In this document: in pieces, positions 12,281 to 24,781 of the stretch
Position numbering within the stretch: position 1 is the first letter of the stretch
Layout of the letters: each line of letters opens with the position of its first letter
DNA from: Camelus dromedarius
Lineage: Eukaryota
Direction: 5' to 3'
Length of the DNA stretch: 64,000 bases
Assembly (NCBI RefSeq): GCF_036321535.1
Contig: NC_087439.1
Coordinates: forward strand, 12,834,001-12,898,000
Position numbers and translations under genes: made by a program
Notes under the pieces: generated by a model
What the model was told of the DNA's origin: nothing
The model's database searches: none
The model's input: the letters and a program-made list of their open reading frames with translations, nothing else

Positions 12281-12549
12281 TAACCTGTTGTAATGAAAAT
12301 TGTCTACCCAAGTTTTGGGGGCATCTGGGGACTCAATTTGAGATAGTCGCTCATGTCAGTGATGAAACATGTCCCTAGGAAGCTCTGAGCCATCTTATGG
12401 AATAGTCTAGAGTCAAAGGAGTGAGAAATCAACCCTAGCATCCAATGGGGATGGGGAAGATCAGGATGGTAGATGGGTGGCTGAGCCCTGAGTCAAGGGA
12501 GGACTGGGGGAGACACGGAACCAGAGCTGGTCTGGATGAAACTGGGGGC

Positions 12550-12675
12550 GATGTGTAAGCTCTGAGTAGGCAGTGATTTGTGTCACTTTGTTCATTGCTC
12601 TAAGCCCAGTGCCTAGAACAGTGCCTGGTACATGGCTAGCCCTCCCTAAGTATTTGTTAAGTAAATGATTGAAGT
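12550..12675 (+). mobile_element. L2a 3' end
   Basis: tgtaagctctgagtaggcag...cccagtgcctagaacagtgcctggtacat...gtatttgttaagtaaatga. Confidence 0.8.
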
Positions 12676-13528
12676 GTTGAGTGGGCAGCGGGCATGTCCT
12701 GGTGTAAAGGAACAGAATCAGGATGGACAACTGTTATAGGGAAGTGATTGCAAAGGCCAAGGTGACTCCCACAGCAAGGAGTCTGGGCTCTTTGGTGTGT
12801 CTAGACTTAGAAAGTCCTGAATTTGAGATAATAGGAGAGACCCAAGATAGGATTAAAGCAACGGAAAGTAATATTTCTGGAGAAGCAAAGAATATCTTGA
12901 GTGCTCAGAATCATTGAGCTAAAATAAGGAAGTTGGGGAACATCAATTAATATCTTTCTCTCTCTCTCTCCCTCCCTCCTGCCTTTCCTCCTTCCCTTTG
13001 GGTCTGTCTTTCATCTGCCAATGTACTCTGACATAAAGGAGGTGGTTGCCACCCAATTTTTCTCTCTTCTGTGGATGGAGCAAGGACACAATCAGTGAGT
13101 TTATGGAACTGTTAAGAGGTTTCAAGTAGCTTTAAAGAAGAATTTCTTACCAGCAAGGAGGGCTAGATCCTGAAATCTGTTAGTTACACAGGCAAGTGGG
13201 GAAAACCTTCAAGCTCTAAGAGATCTATTCCAGAAGCATAAAGTCTCCATTCTCTAGAATGTTCTGTGATCCCACGTGGAAGGGAGTGAACAAGGAAAAC
13301 TTGTGAGGGGTCTCTACCTGGGAGGAACGTAAAGATGACTCAAAGATCTGCAGGCTTACCACATGGAACTGGGTGGTGGGAGGGAAAGGGCTGAAGTCCA
13401 AAGACCAGGTCTAGGCAAATGGCAGCCTTCTCTTTTCTGCAGACCAAAGAATCCTTGGTGTTTTTGTGGTTAGTTGATTAGTCTGAGTTTTTAGCCTGTT
13501 TGGGATATTGGGATAATGATGTGTAGGA

Positions 13529-13561
13529 TGGTGGTGGTGCTGGTGCTGGTGGTCGTGGTGG

Positions 13562-13592
<31 letters not shown>

Positions 13593-13607
13593 GGTGGTGG
13601 TGGTGGT
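13529..13607. repeat. Interrupted (TGG)n trinucleotide repeat, ~26 triplets
   Basis: Read directly from the sequence. Confidence 0.95.
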
Positions 13608-13654
13608 CTATGTGTAGGTGTGAGGATGTGGTGTATGTATGTGGGTCTGTATGG

Positions 13655-13657
<3 letters not shown>

Positions 13658-13700
<43 letters not shown>
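13658..13700. repeat. (TG)21 microsatellite
   Basis: Read directly from the sequence. Confidence 0.97.
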
Positions 13701-13704
<4 letters not shown>

Positions 13705-14335
13705 GAGAATGAAAAAGAGGGATCTACATTTTCAAATGCTGCCAACGTGCTTAGAGATCCTCATTGTGGGTTTCTATGGAAACACGTCTTTTCGGAGATT
13801 CTGTCTCTGAAAAAAAATGGCAGGATCCTGGAGAAAAGGGCATGGATACGCCCTTGAATATCTTTTTGTACTCTACCTATTTTTGTGCATTTGTGAGGGC
13901 AAGCAGGCTAAAGGAGTGATCAAAATACTCAGAAATGTTTTAATAGTAATTTTAATTAAAAAAAGGAGGACACTGGTCATTTGGCTTTTGTGTGATACTG
14001 TGTTCACACAGCACAGAGGTTATTCCCAAGATTCTCTCTTTGATTTCTTACTTTACTTCAGCCTGTGTACCAACCAATTCTTGTTAAATATTTATGGACA
14101 AGATTAAAGACTTTATAAAACTTAGCAGCTGGCAGCTGTCCTCGCCTAAAGGATAAAGCACAGAGTTTTCATTTTAATTGGATAACTATGTGACCGAAAT
14201 ATCTAACCCCCAAGGGAAATACAGGATTTAAAATATGTAAAGCAATTTTTAAAAGAGAAAATCGCCTTTTACATTTTGTAGTTTTTCTCTCCTCGTGCAG
14301 TTTGTGTGAAGGTGAAGTTACAGTGTTGTCTTTTT

Positions 14336-14357
14336 TTTTCATTGAAGTATAGTCAAT
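14336..14357 (-). mobile_element. Ultra-short L1 3'-end insertion
   Basis: ttttcattgaagtatagtcaat resembles the L1 terminal sequence; it lies between 18-bp direct repeats ttacagtgttgtcttttt (14318-14335) and ttacagtgttatcttttt (14358-14375). Confidence 0.6.
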
Positions 14358-14836
14358 TTACAGTGTTATCTTTTTATCGTTTCTGAAGGTTGAAGACATA
14401 TTTCAGTGCTTCAGAATGTATCCTAGTAAGATTCAAGTGGTGAAAACAAATTTTGGTCCTTGTTGAATCTTTGGTCCAGAATCGCTCATCATGTTTCACT
14501 TCCAAGAATTTTTAATACAGCCGTCTCATGACCAAGTTATAAAATCAGAGAGCAAACTAAAAAGTTCTAGGGGGTGGAGGGACCCATTAAACTGGCTGTT
14601 TGACATTGAATGAAACCAAAGCAGTTGAAAGACTGATTTTTCTGTGTTCAAGCCAGTGATTGCCTGATGTTGAAGAGCCATACTCTTTGTTTTGAGCTCC
14701 TGGTGATAATCTGAAAGTCCCAGATGTCCTTGGTCAAGTCACTTCTTCCCTGGGGGTCCGATACTCAACCATAACATGTGGGGCTGGGACGAAATATTTC
14801 CTGAGTTTTTTTTTTTAAGGGCCTAAGTGTCTAAGT

Positions 14837-15158
14837 CAGGATTGGCAAGCAAAGGACCATGAACCAGATCTGGTCTCCTGCCCTGCAAATTAAGAATGAC
14901 TCTTTACATGTTTAAATGGTTGGGGGAACATCAAAAGAAGATTCATATTTTGTGATATGCAAAAGTCATACAAAATTCAAGTTTCAGTGTCTGTAAAGTT
15001 TTATTGCAATACAGCCACGCTCATCCGTTGACACAGTATTGTCCATGGCTGTTTTCACACTACGGTAGCACAGCTGAGCGCTCGGGACAGACATCCTACG
15101 ATCCTCTAAGCCTAACACATTCACACTCTGATCTTTGCAGAAAAAGGTTGCCAACTTC
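14837..15158. mobile_element. MER58B-like hAT-Charlie non-autonomous DNA transposon, near full length
   Basis: Termini caggattggcaagc...gttgccaacttct; internal ttttacatgtttaaatggttggggg and gttttattgcaatacagccacgctcatccgtt. Confidence 0.85.
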
Positions 15159-15317
15159 TTTTTTTTTTTAAATTAAAGTATCGTTGATTTACAATATTGT
15201 ATTAGTTTCTGGTGTACATCATAGTGATTCAGTTATACATATATACATATTTCTTTTCATATTTTTTTCATTATAGATGGTTACAAGCTATTGAATGTAG
15301 TTCCCTGTGCTATGCAG
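15159..15317 (-). mobile_element. 5'-truncated L1 3' end (cetartiodactyl type)
   Basis: polyT + aaattaaagtatcgttgatttacaatattgtattagtttctggtgtac...tccctgtgctatgcagt. Confidence 0.85.
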
Positions 15318-15444
15318 TTACCAAGTGCCCCCTCCTCCGTCTAGTCTGGTCGTAACCTTCTTATCCCAGTGGATGCGTCTTCTTCCAAGTCCCCAGTGCA
15401 TCCTTTCCTTAGACTCAATGTTCTGTCCTGGAGCCCCACTGGAC

Positions 15445-15535
15445 CATAAGCTTCTTGAGGTCAGGGATGGTGTCTTAGGCCTTTGTGTCCCTGCAGCACT
15501 GAGCTGGGTGCCTCATGAAAGCAGTGGACATTTGC
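15445..15535 (+). mobile_element. L2 3' end fragment
   Basis: ataagcttcttgaggtcagggatggtgtctt. Confidence 0.6.
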
Positions 15536-15709
15536 GGTGAAAAATTACATGGAAAAAAATTCCGTTTTAGCAATTTACCTCATCACCTATATTCTGAGAA
15601 CCTACTATGTGCTGAAGCCAACAAGAACACACTGAATGAATGCAAAGCTGTTTATGCTTATTTCAGCAGAAAAGGGGCAGATTTGAATGGAGATATAACA
15701 TCTAGGAAC

Positions 15710-16277
15710 TGTTATCGAGCTAAACTTGGATCTGCTTGCCTGTGCTCAGTAAAGCCAATCTACCGATACTGAGCAAGGAGTCTGGCTAGCTAGGACTTAA
15801 AAGACCCAAATTCCTTGAAGGCTTTCAAGGAAAGGTTCTTAAAAACAGGGGAGTTATAGAGTACATTATCAGCTCATGGGTATTGTTCTGATTGGTTGGT
15901 GGTGAGGTCATCAGGAGTGAACATCATCAACCTTTTGGTTCCAACCAGTCTGGGGTCCACACGTTTTTGGGCAGCCTACAGTTAACTTCTTCCACCTTGA
16001 GCAAAACAGCTCAAGGACGTGGCTCAGAGTATTATCTATTGCCCTTGAGAAGGAACTAAAGGTACTTGATTTTGTTTAATGGCTAGACTATTATTGTTTT
16101 GTCCTGCTTGACTGTTTCCCTTTCTTTCTGCATTTTCTCCTTTCTCTGATTAAATGTACTCTTTGGAACTCGGGGAAGGCCTAGAGGACTAAAGTTTTTC
16201 TCCAGACAAGAGGCAGGTGGAGGACATGGTGAGGGGATCTGTTCTAGGAAGGCCCCATAGGGTCCTGCTCGATTACA
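15710..16277 (-). mobile_element. ERV1-class solo LTR (MER21/MER34/MER39-group-like)
   Basis: TG...CA termini (tgttatcgagc...ctgctcgattaca); flanks gaac/gaat (3/4 TSD match); characteristic aggaaggccccatagggtcctgctc end. Confidence 0.8.
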
Positions 16278-16289
16278 GAATGACATTAA

Positions 16290-16497
16290 AAAAAAAATAG
16301 AAGTACAGTTGATGTACAATATTGTATAAGTTACAAGTGTGTAAATAGTGATTCACAATTTTTAAAGGTTATACTCCATTTATAGGTTATATTCCTCCTA
16401 TTGTACAATATATCCTTGCAACTTATTTTATACTTAATAGTTTGTACCACTTAGTCCCCAACCCCTATGTCGCCCCTTCCCCTTACCTGTCCCCAGG
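16290..16497 (-). mobile_element. L1 (L1MA-like) 3' end fragment
   Basis: gaagtacagttgatgtacaatattgtataagttacaagtgtg...atagtttgtaccactt. Confidence 0.75.
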
Positions 16498-16554
16498 ACA
16501 GTGTTTGTTAAAGAGATGCCCAACCCACAGCCTCCAGGAAGCTGCAAGGAGTCA

Positions 16555-16775
16555 GGCCAAGCGGTGAAGCGTCTGAGCTCCGAAATCAATAGATCTGTGT
16601 TTTCAGTACCAGTTCTGTCCGTGACAAGCTGTGCACCCTTGGGCGTTTACTTAAGTTCTCTGAACCTCAGATTCGGCCTTTGTAAAATCAGAGTAAATAC
16701 CAGCACATACCCCAGAGGACTGTCCTAAGTGTTAGATGAGAAAATGCACCTAAAGCCCTTCTGAGACAGCAACCA
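16555..16775 (+). mobile_element. MIR
   Basis: cccttgggcgtttacttaagttctctgaacctcagattcggcctttgtaaaat. Confidence 0.8.
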
Positions 16776-17257
16776 CACTCCTGATGCTAAGGCAACAGAA
16801 GAGCTACCCCACTGTGATTGCTTTTTCGTGACAGGCGTGCTTGTCAGCTCAACTGTTGACGTCTCTATTTACTCTGTGGGTGGCTCATGTGGACATTTGG
16901 GAGGGAAGAGGTACAGGAGAAAATCTGAGAAGTCCTGTTCCCCTCCCTGCTCTCCCACACTTCCCTGCCCCAACTTCTGCCCCTACATCATGGGCAGTGG
17001 CAAAAGCCTCTTCTGTTTGTTTCTTCAACAAAGCCTTTGCCATACTGGGGAAAGCTGGTTCCGGCATCCATCTGTGACAATCTGTGGCAGTGCCGGGTGG
17101 ATGGACCACACGTTTATGAGGCTTCCGAGCTGCACAGGATGGGACCCGGGCCTCTGCTACGGTCCAGGCCCCTGATTCCCGCTCCATGTGCAGGGTGGCC
17201 TGGGTGCTTGGGTTGGGGACACCTGTTGTCCCTAGCTGGACTCTAGGCACAGAAGAC

Positions 17258-17480
17258 AATGTAGACCGTTTTGAACATTTCCTACGTGCCAGACAGTGTT
17301 CCAAGCACTTTATAGGTTTTCTCCCACTGAACACGCACAACCCCACCGATTTTAGAGGTAGGGAAATAGATGGAGAAAAGTTAAGTAACCTGCTCAGTAT
17401 TACACAGATGGCAGAGGCAGGAATTAAACCTAAACTATCTGACTCCAGAAACCAGGCTGAGACAAACTCAGTGGCTTGGT
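17258..17480 (-). mobile_element. MIR
   Basis: tacgtgccagacagtgttccaagcacttt...aagttaagtaacctgctcag...tctgactccaga. Confidence 0.8.
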
Positions 17481-17766
17481 GTTTTCCAGCTACAGAGTTC
17501 GTTCCAAAATTTCTTGCAAAAGTGTGCAGCTTCAAGTGAATACTTTTGACTTGGCTGTTGTCATTCAGATCCCCAGCTTTGTTTTCTCAGGTGAAAAAAA
17601 AAAACATCCAACTGAGAAAGAGTGACACTTGGAGTCATCTGGAAACTAATTTAATAGCTGTAATTGTCCTTTAGCAATGAAGCCCTTTCTCACTTTGTGC
17701 TCCTGGAGCCTTTACTTCTGAATGTGGGGTGGCGGGGGAGGTGGGGAGCTGGAGGTGGGAAGCTGG

Positions 17767-17898
17767 NNNNNNNNNNNNNNNNNNNNNNNNNNNNNNNNNN
17801 NNNNNNNNNNNNNNNNNNNNNNNNNNNNNNNNNNNNNNNNNNNNNNNNNNNNNNNNNNNNNNNNNNNNNNNNNNNNNNNNNNNNNNNNNNNNNNNNNN
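17767..17898. other. Assembly gap (132 N)
   Basis: N run flanked by G-rich and purine-rich unique sequence. Confidence 0.99.
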
Positions 17899-18674
17899 AA
17901 AAGGGAGAAGGACATTGCAAATCATTACTTAATGTGAGCAGAGTGAATGGTGGTTTTATTGGGCGAGGGGGGAGCTGGGCAAGAGGCTGCATGTGCACGG
18001 CTCGATTTAGCTAATGCAGCTGCGGCAGTGATGACGGCAGTGGCAGTGGAGAATATTAAGGAAAGGAATGTGGTAAGGAATTTGAATATAAGTCATAATG
18101 ACTGCTCTGTGTCTGCATACAAGATGAGGAGTAAAATGCAATACGTGAATTCTTTTTCATTGAGTTTAAAGGAACTGTCACCCTCAAATTGGCTCTAATG
18201 ACAGAAATTTTAGAGAGTTGATAAACTTTTGGATGAAAACCACAGGGCTCGCCAGCCTTTGGACCTTCCCTTGGGTTTGCTCAAAGCCAAAGGCAACCTG
18301 CTTCTCTGTGTCTAATAGTGCTTGTTTCTGTCAAGGAATTACTTTTATGTCCCAAATATCTTGAAGCTACTTGGGGGCGTCCGTTGGTCCAGTCTTCAAG
18401 TCAAACCAAATGCCATCAAATGCTAACATTCTAAGGAAAACACCAAGAAGGTGAATTTCTTTGACTTAGAAAAGAGAAAGACACAGAGTGGATGGAGCCC
18501 TGGGTGGAATGTGTGTGGGGGAAGTAAAGTTTTCCAGAAAGGTTTTAAGATGTTGAGCTGGGATTGTCCACACCCAGTACTTTTACTTACTCCTCTCTCA
18601 CTGTCTGTCTATCTCTTTCTATAACTTCTTCCTAGAAATGATAAAATCGTCTTTCAGAAAGAGGCTGGACTCAA

Positions 18675-18851
18675 AGCCAGTAGTTTGATGTAGGGCCCCG
18701 CTGACACCGTTCTCTATGCGGGACAGTGTGTTTCCGCCATCTACCCATGAGCAGGTGGTACCCGCTCTTCCAGTTTCAAGAATGAAAAATGGCCCCAGGC
18801 GTTACCAAATACCCCACCGTGAGAAAATTGCCCCTGGTTGAGAACCACAGG
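18675..18851. mobile_element. MER20 hAT element
   Basis: aaaaatggccccaggcgttaccaaatacccc...aaaattgcccctggttgagaaccac. Confidence 0.75.
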
Positions 18852-19119
18852 TGTAGCCAATCTCTACATGGGTGTGGGTGTAACCCCCATGGAGGATGGG
18901 AACTGGGGAGACAGAGGAAGTCTGGTCCTTGGGTATTTCCCCCAGCCTTCCTCAGACTTAAGAGGTTTCCCAGAAGTTTACTCAGAAGCTGACTGCATTT
19001 TCATTCCTTCTCCGGGAAGGATTTGCCTTTGGTAACTCTATGCTTAACCTTTTGAGGACCTGCTAGCATGTTTTTCAAAGCAGCTGCACTGTTTCACACA
19101 GGAATTTGCAAATGCAATT

Positions 19120-19445
19120 TCCTTTGACCCTTTCTCCCCTCACCTCCTCTTTCATAACTTGTCCCAGATACCACTTCCTCAGAGAAACCTTAGCTGACCT
19201 TCAAGACTAGTTCAGGCCTCTTTATTGTATGCCCTCATCACAATAAAATTTTTGGTATGTAAATATTTGATTAATTAACTTTTGTGTAAGTGTTTTCTAT
19301 TAACTTTGAGACTCTTTGTGCCTCAGTTTACCTATTTAGGTATTGATTTGTAAAACAGGGGTAGTACTGTCTAAATTGCACATGAGAATTCTGGACTTCA
19401 AATGTCTAGCATCTCAAGACCTAGTACATAGTAGGGCTAAAAATA
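19120..19445 (+). mobile_element. Adjacent L2 and MIR fragments
   Basis: ccacttcctcagagaaaccttagctgacc (L2); ctttgtgcctcagtttacc...gtaaaacaggggtag (MIR). Confidence 0.55.
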
Positions 19446-20299
19446 ACAGTTATTTTAATATTCTCTGTATGGACTGTAAAACCAGAACCATGATTGCATA
19501 GTGAATAAGCATGAAGCAAACATAACTGGGTTTCCCACAGTTTTTTTATTTTTATTAATAGCTGTTTGCTACTTGCTTTATGTTTTGTTGCTCAGGAACA
19601 TTTACCAGCAAACAAAGTGGTGACAGAGGCATAGGAGACTATGCTGGGAAGAAGATGTACACAGAGGAAATTCTATTTGTTAATTTATTTGAGTTTGGCA
19701 GTTTATTTGAATTGTGAAAATGACCAATGTTTGATTTTAGAAGGAAAGACTGTGGTTTACTTTAGCTAAAGGAACCAGAGGACTGGGTGAGACATACTTT
19801 ATAAATCATGATTACTAACAACATATACAGAGATTTTTTTTTTTTCTGATTCTTTTGCACATCCATTAGTCCCTGAGATGCCTGAAGAGCCAATCCTCAC
19901 ATTTGCTTTGGCTTTTTTCCCCCTGAAGCTTGGCCACGGCTAAAGCCAATTCCCCAGCATGGCAGTGATTCTCTCCAGCTGTGAGCTGAGCTGTCTGATC
20001 TGTTTCTCAGCAGCTCTGCATGGGGTGGCTCTGCTGAGGAGAAACCACAGAGAATCATTTGGAGGTGAAGGTTGGCGGCATCTCATCTCTTGCCCACATG
20101 TGCAGCTTTGGTGTAAGTATCATGCTCCAGACAGTGCCAGCATTGCTAAGAAATTAAAGGGGAAATGCTGGTCAGGGGCTGTCATAGGGAAGAACAAATC
20201 TGACTCCATATTGGATCTGTCTTTTGCTTTACTCTTTGTATTCTACTGCTTTTGCTACAAGTTGAACACTAAATGGATGCTGCATATAAACTTAAATTA

Positions 20300-20653
20300 T
20301 ACATAATGGCCCATCTCTGGGAACCCTACCTACCAGGTAATGAACATTAAGCTAAAATACCTTTGTTTAACATCCTGACCAGGCCGATCTGTGAATGACT
20401 TCAGAAAGGAAGGAATTAACACATCCCCTCTGGAGGCTGACCAGAAGCAGGAAATGTTTGATTTTACTCCTTCTCCCTTTAGCATAAAAGAAGCGTGAAT
20501 TCTAACTCAGGTAAGATGGTTCTTTGGGACACTAGTCCACTATCTTAGTCTGCTGGCTTTCTGAATAAAGTCACTTTCCCTTGCCCCAACAATTTGTCCG
20601 TTGACTTCTTGGCCTGTGGAGTGGTGAGCAGTATGAGCTTGGACTTGGTAACA
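20300..20653 (+). mobile_element. ERV1-class LTR, 5'-truncated (related to the LTR at 15710)
   Basis: TATA-like gcataaaag, AATAAA (ctgaataaag), terminus gagcttggacttggtaaca. Confidence 0.7.
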
Positions 20654-21007
20654 GGGCTAGTAGTTGGTGTAGGGACTGTTGACAGCCCTTTGTGACCTGG
20701 AGAGTGAGGAGTTGGGATCTTGTAGTCACAGTTGAGGGAAGGCAGATCAGAGCTTTGAGGGTGCTTCCCATTGCTAGAGTCTAAGGCTTTTCTAGGCCTA
20801 ATGCTGGGAGAGTGCAGAATAAGTTGGGGGAATACTCCTTTCTATCCAGGAACTGCCATAGGAGAAGTAGTTTATTGGGAACCATCCTTGGGAATATCCC
20901 AGGCTGATGTACCTTTGTCCCTCTGGCCTCATTCTCTTTGTCTTCCAAGTCTTCTACTGAGTGCCTGGCGGTGTCAGGAACCCCAGGCTCCCTGCTAGTC
21001 CTTGGCC

Positions 21008-21310
21008 TGTAACAGATGCTGTTGGTACCTGCCCAGATGCCTGATGATAACCACTCTGGGCTGTCTCCCTCGGCCAATGTAGCTTCTCAAAAGGAGGTGG
21101 TCCCTTGCTGTCCCTACCTCTTCCCTCTTCTTGCCTCAAGGTGGGACCAACCATAAATTAGACTTAAGCTCATCTCCAGCTGAGACCACATCCTTATCTT
21201 TTCCCCCTGTCCTATCCTTCCCTCTGTCTCCTTTTCTCAGAAGCATTCTTTCATAAACCATTTGAATAAGAATCCTTGTCTCAGGCTGTGCTTCCAGGAA
21301 GCCAAGATGG
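21008..21310 (+). mobile_element. ERVL solo LTR (LTR33/LTR16-like), internally deleted
   Basis: Start tgtaacagatgctgttggtacctgcccagat; end aagaatccttgtctcaggctgtgcttccagg. Confidence 0.7.
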
Positions 21311-21654
21311 TGTCCAGGCTCAAGCCTTCCTTCTGTTTTCTCTTCAATTAGGACCTGGCCCAGCTTCAAACTTCCAGTCTCTGGTAGGTAAAGATGGGTC
21401 ATATTAATAATTAATCATAAATAAACCCTCCTAGTATATTTGCAGGCTAATGTGTTACTCTTTCCTGATAACATAACATCACTAAGAATTTATTTTTAGG
21501 ACTTGCTTAAGTAGTGATCCCAGTGGGAAAATACCAATGGAATTGGACGAGTGTGGCTGACAGGAAGTACCTGCAGGAAGAAGGAAGGGATGCTTTTGGT
21601 CAGGGGGCCTCTTAGCATCCATTCCAGAAAGATGTTCTGAATCACCCTCGCCAT

Positions 21655-22052
21655 CTGCAGTGCACTGAGTGTCTGTGTCTCTCCAGATTCAAATGTTAAA
21701 ATCTTAATCCCCAAGGTGATAGTATTAGGAAGTGGGGACTTTGGGAGATAATTAGGTCACAAAGGACGGAGGGGAGAGCCCTCAAGAATGGGATTGGTGA
21801 CCTTATGAAAGGGATCCCAGTGAATTCTCTCTGCTCTCTACCAAGTGAGGATGCAAGGAGTAGTCAGCAGTCTGCAACTGGAACAACCTGGAACAACCTG
21901 GAAGAGGTCCTTCAGTAGAACCAGACCGTGCTGGCAACCTGATCTTGGACTTCCAACCTCCAGTACTATGAGGAATAAATTTCTGTTTAAAAGCCATCTA
22001 GTGTATGTGGTACTTTGTTTTACAGCCCAGACTGATCAAGACCCTATCCCTG
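21655..22052 (+). mobile_element. MaLR LTR MLT1A-like
   Basis: aaaatcttaatccccaaggtgatagtattaggaagtgggg...gatcttggacttccaacctccag...aataaatttctg; internal 10-bp tandem gaacaacctg. Confidence 0.88.
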
Positions 22053-22069
22053 CCCATCAGTGAATTGAA

Positions 22070-22240
22070 CTTTCCTTCCTTGATCTAATGAGTACTGCAC
22101 TTATCATATTGCATGGCAATTTTTTGTTTTCTTGACAGTCTCCTCACCTAGACTGGGGGTTTCTGGGGAGCAGAGGCATCTCCGACTCTTCTCTACATCC
22201 CCAGAGCCCAGCAGAGTGCCTGGAACCTGTATGAACTCAA
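22070..22240 (+). mobile_element. L2 3' end
   Basis: ctagactgggggtttctggggagcagagg...ccccagagcccagcagagtgcctgg. Confidence 0.65.
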
Positions 22241-23554
22241 GTCATGCATGTGACTGATACAAGCCCACCTCCTTCCCCTCCACTTTCACATATATTGGGA
22301 CCTGACATTTTGGGTGGGATAAAATGTTTAGAATATCAATCATTTGGTTTCTTCTTGGTATTTCCCAAATTTTGAGACTGCAAAATGATACCGTAGGTTG
22401 AGGGAGAGAATAGAGAGAGAGGTGATAAGAACTGGAAAGCTGGTGGGTCTCTAAAACAGGTTGGGAGGGATGATGGTCAGGGCAGAACCCAAGACAGACT
22501 TTGATCCAAGAGCAGTGAGGGCCAGTGCCATCTTTCCCTAGTGGGTCCTCTAGGAGGAGGTGAGACCCAGAGGAGATGCAGGGCATGTCATGAGTCTAAG
22601 CAGAGAGGTCTTACATAGAAACTCGGTGTTTCCTGGGAACTAGGTCAATCTAGAGGCAACAGACACTTTCCTATACACCCAAGGGGTCCAGGTGTGGCTA
22701 AAACTCAGGGGCTCAGTGGGTAGAATAAGTTAGGACTTGACATCTCCCTGATCTTACAGACCAAAAGCTAACCAGATGGAATAATGCCCTTGAAGAGGAA
22801 CAACTCCCAGCTCACAGAAATTGTTTTGCCCTTCTTGTGGATTAGGGAGTCAAACAAAAATAAAGTTGAGTTACAGAAAACATTTTAAAGGTTCCATTTA
22901 ATGCACAGCTCAATTCTGGGCCAAGACTTTCATTTACTTTATGCTGAGAAGTGAAAGTGAAAACTCGGGGCAAATCAATCAATGTTGTCGATCAGCAGTG
23001 GACATAAGGGTCAGGGAGATGTAGGCTAAAGGAGGGCCTGGGGTCTGGGGCATAGCTTAGACGGGATTTCAAGGGCCCAGTGAAGTCAGGATGGAGCCCT
23101 TGAGGTGTATATCGGTTGCCAATGAGGGCAGGAGGAGAGGAACACAGTAGGTGATCTCATCTCCTGGGCTATTTTGATTCCAAGCACACCACCCATGAAC
23201 ATTTTATAAGCATAATAGGGAGGCTCAGACATTTAAGAAAGTCAACCAGAGGAACTCTGATGCAGAGGTATCCCCAGGCACTGTCAGGGTGGGGAGGATA
23301 AAACTGCTGTGGCTGTGAAAACTGAAAGCCATGCCAAGAACTCTCTTGCCTGGAGTCAGAAAGGCAGCCTGGAAAACTTCACTTAATAAATCTAATCATT
23401 ATATTTTTTCCCTCGGATATTCTTGAGCAGATTCAAGACTTCTTGGAGAAATGGATATCAATACATAGAAATAAATACCAGCACACAGACATAAATGCAC
23501 ACAGATAAACACTCACATGCAGACATAAATATACAGACACCATCACTGATTACA

Positions 23555-23715
23555 GCGTGGGGGGTTCTATATATGATTTCACATATATTATCTCATTTTG
23601 TTTCTCCCTTCGACAATGAAAGATGAATGATATTAATCTGTTTTTACGCAAGAGGAAATTGAGGCTGAGAATGGTTAAATAACTTGTCTGGGGTCACAAA
23701 GCTAGAAAGGGTTAA
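23555..23715 (-). mobile_element. MIR fragment
   Basis: gaggaaattgaggctgagaatggttaaataacttgtctggggtcac. Confidence 0.75.
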
Positions 23716-24781
23716 GCTCTTTCCACACATTGTACATAATCAACACTGACCCTTCTCTATGTAGTTATGGTGGGTGGATTTATTTGAATGACCACCCCCA
23801 CACAATTCTCAACCCTCATCATTTAGCTCATTTTAATTACTTTATCAACATTATTGGCAAAAGCCATGTGGGAATGATCCTAACATAACTGTATGAAATA
23901 GAGAGGCAGAAGGTTTGGAGAAACGTTATTTATATGTGTGTGTGCACGCACACACACGTACATTTGCACCAAAACAGGTACACATGTTGTGTTTCACACA
24001 CGTGGAAATAGAAACTCTGAGAAGAAAAGAATCTGTGCAAGGGTTCAGGAACCAAGGCCAGGGGGACCCTAGAGTGCCTCTACTTGAGTGATGGAGTTGG
24101 TCTCCAACCCAGTCTAGAACTGAGAGGCTGCCCAATGAGAGGGCAGGGAGCTGTTCAGCTTGCTAACTCTTCCTGAACCAGCTCTCAACTTGAGAATCTG
24201 ACTGCAGTGTGACTTTTCAGAACATCAGATATCTCTGCCTTAAGATGAAGGCACGAGTAAATTTTCCTAAGCCAAATTGAAATGGATTTTGGATTATCTC
24301 CTATTGTTCAGAAAGAGCCTCTCTGCACTGGTTGCTTTGAAGTTTCCTGGCCTCCCAGTGCCCTGAGTCTCCTTTGCTCTTGAGAGTGCCCTATTGGCAC
24401 TCATTCCATCCCTGACCAGGTAGGTCCATGGGCTGACCCGCCCTCTGCCAGGCCCTGAGGTACAGACAGGACCTACGTATTGCCCTCAGAGCATCAACCC
24501 AGCCCTTGCGTCTCTCGTAAGAATGAATCTTGGAGACATTAATATATATTTTTGTTACATACATTTTAAAAAATAAAAATACATTAGAAATATAAATATG
24601 TTCACAATCACCCACATGCCTTCCACCCTGATTTATTTATTTTTTTAAGAAACATTACAAATATAATTGAAGTTCTTTATGTATCCCTTCTGATTCCCAT
24701 CTTCTCCCAGAGGCAAGTACTATGGCGATGTTTATAACTATTCCATGTGTATTTCACATTTTTATGATATATTTGTTAGCA

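Noticed and set aside
14281-14317. Microexon after the strong acceptor tttttctctcctcgtgcag
   Set aside because: Only a weak GTGAAG donor follows; cannot be supported from sequence
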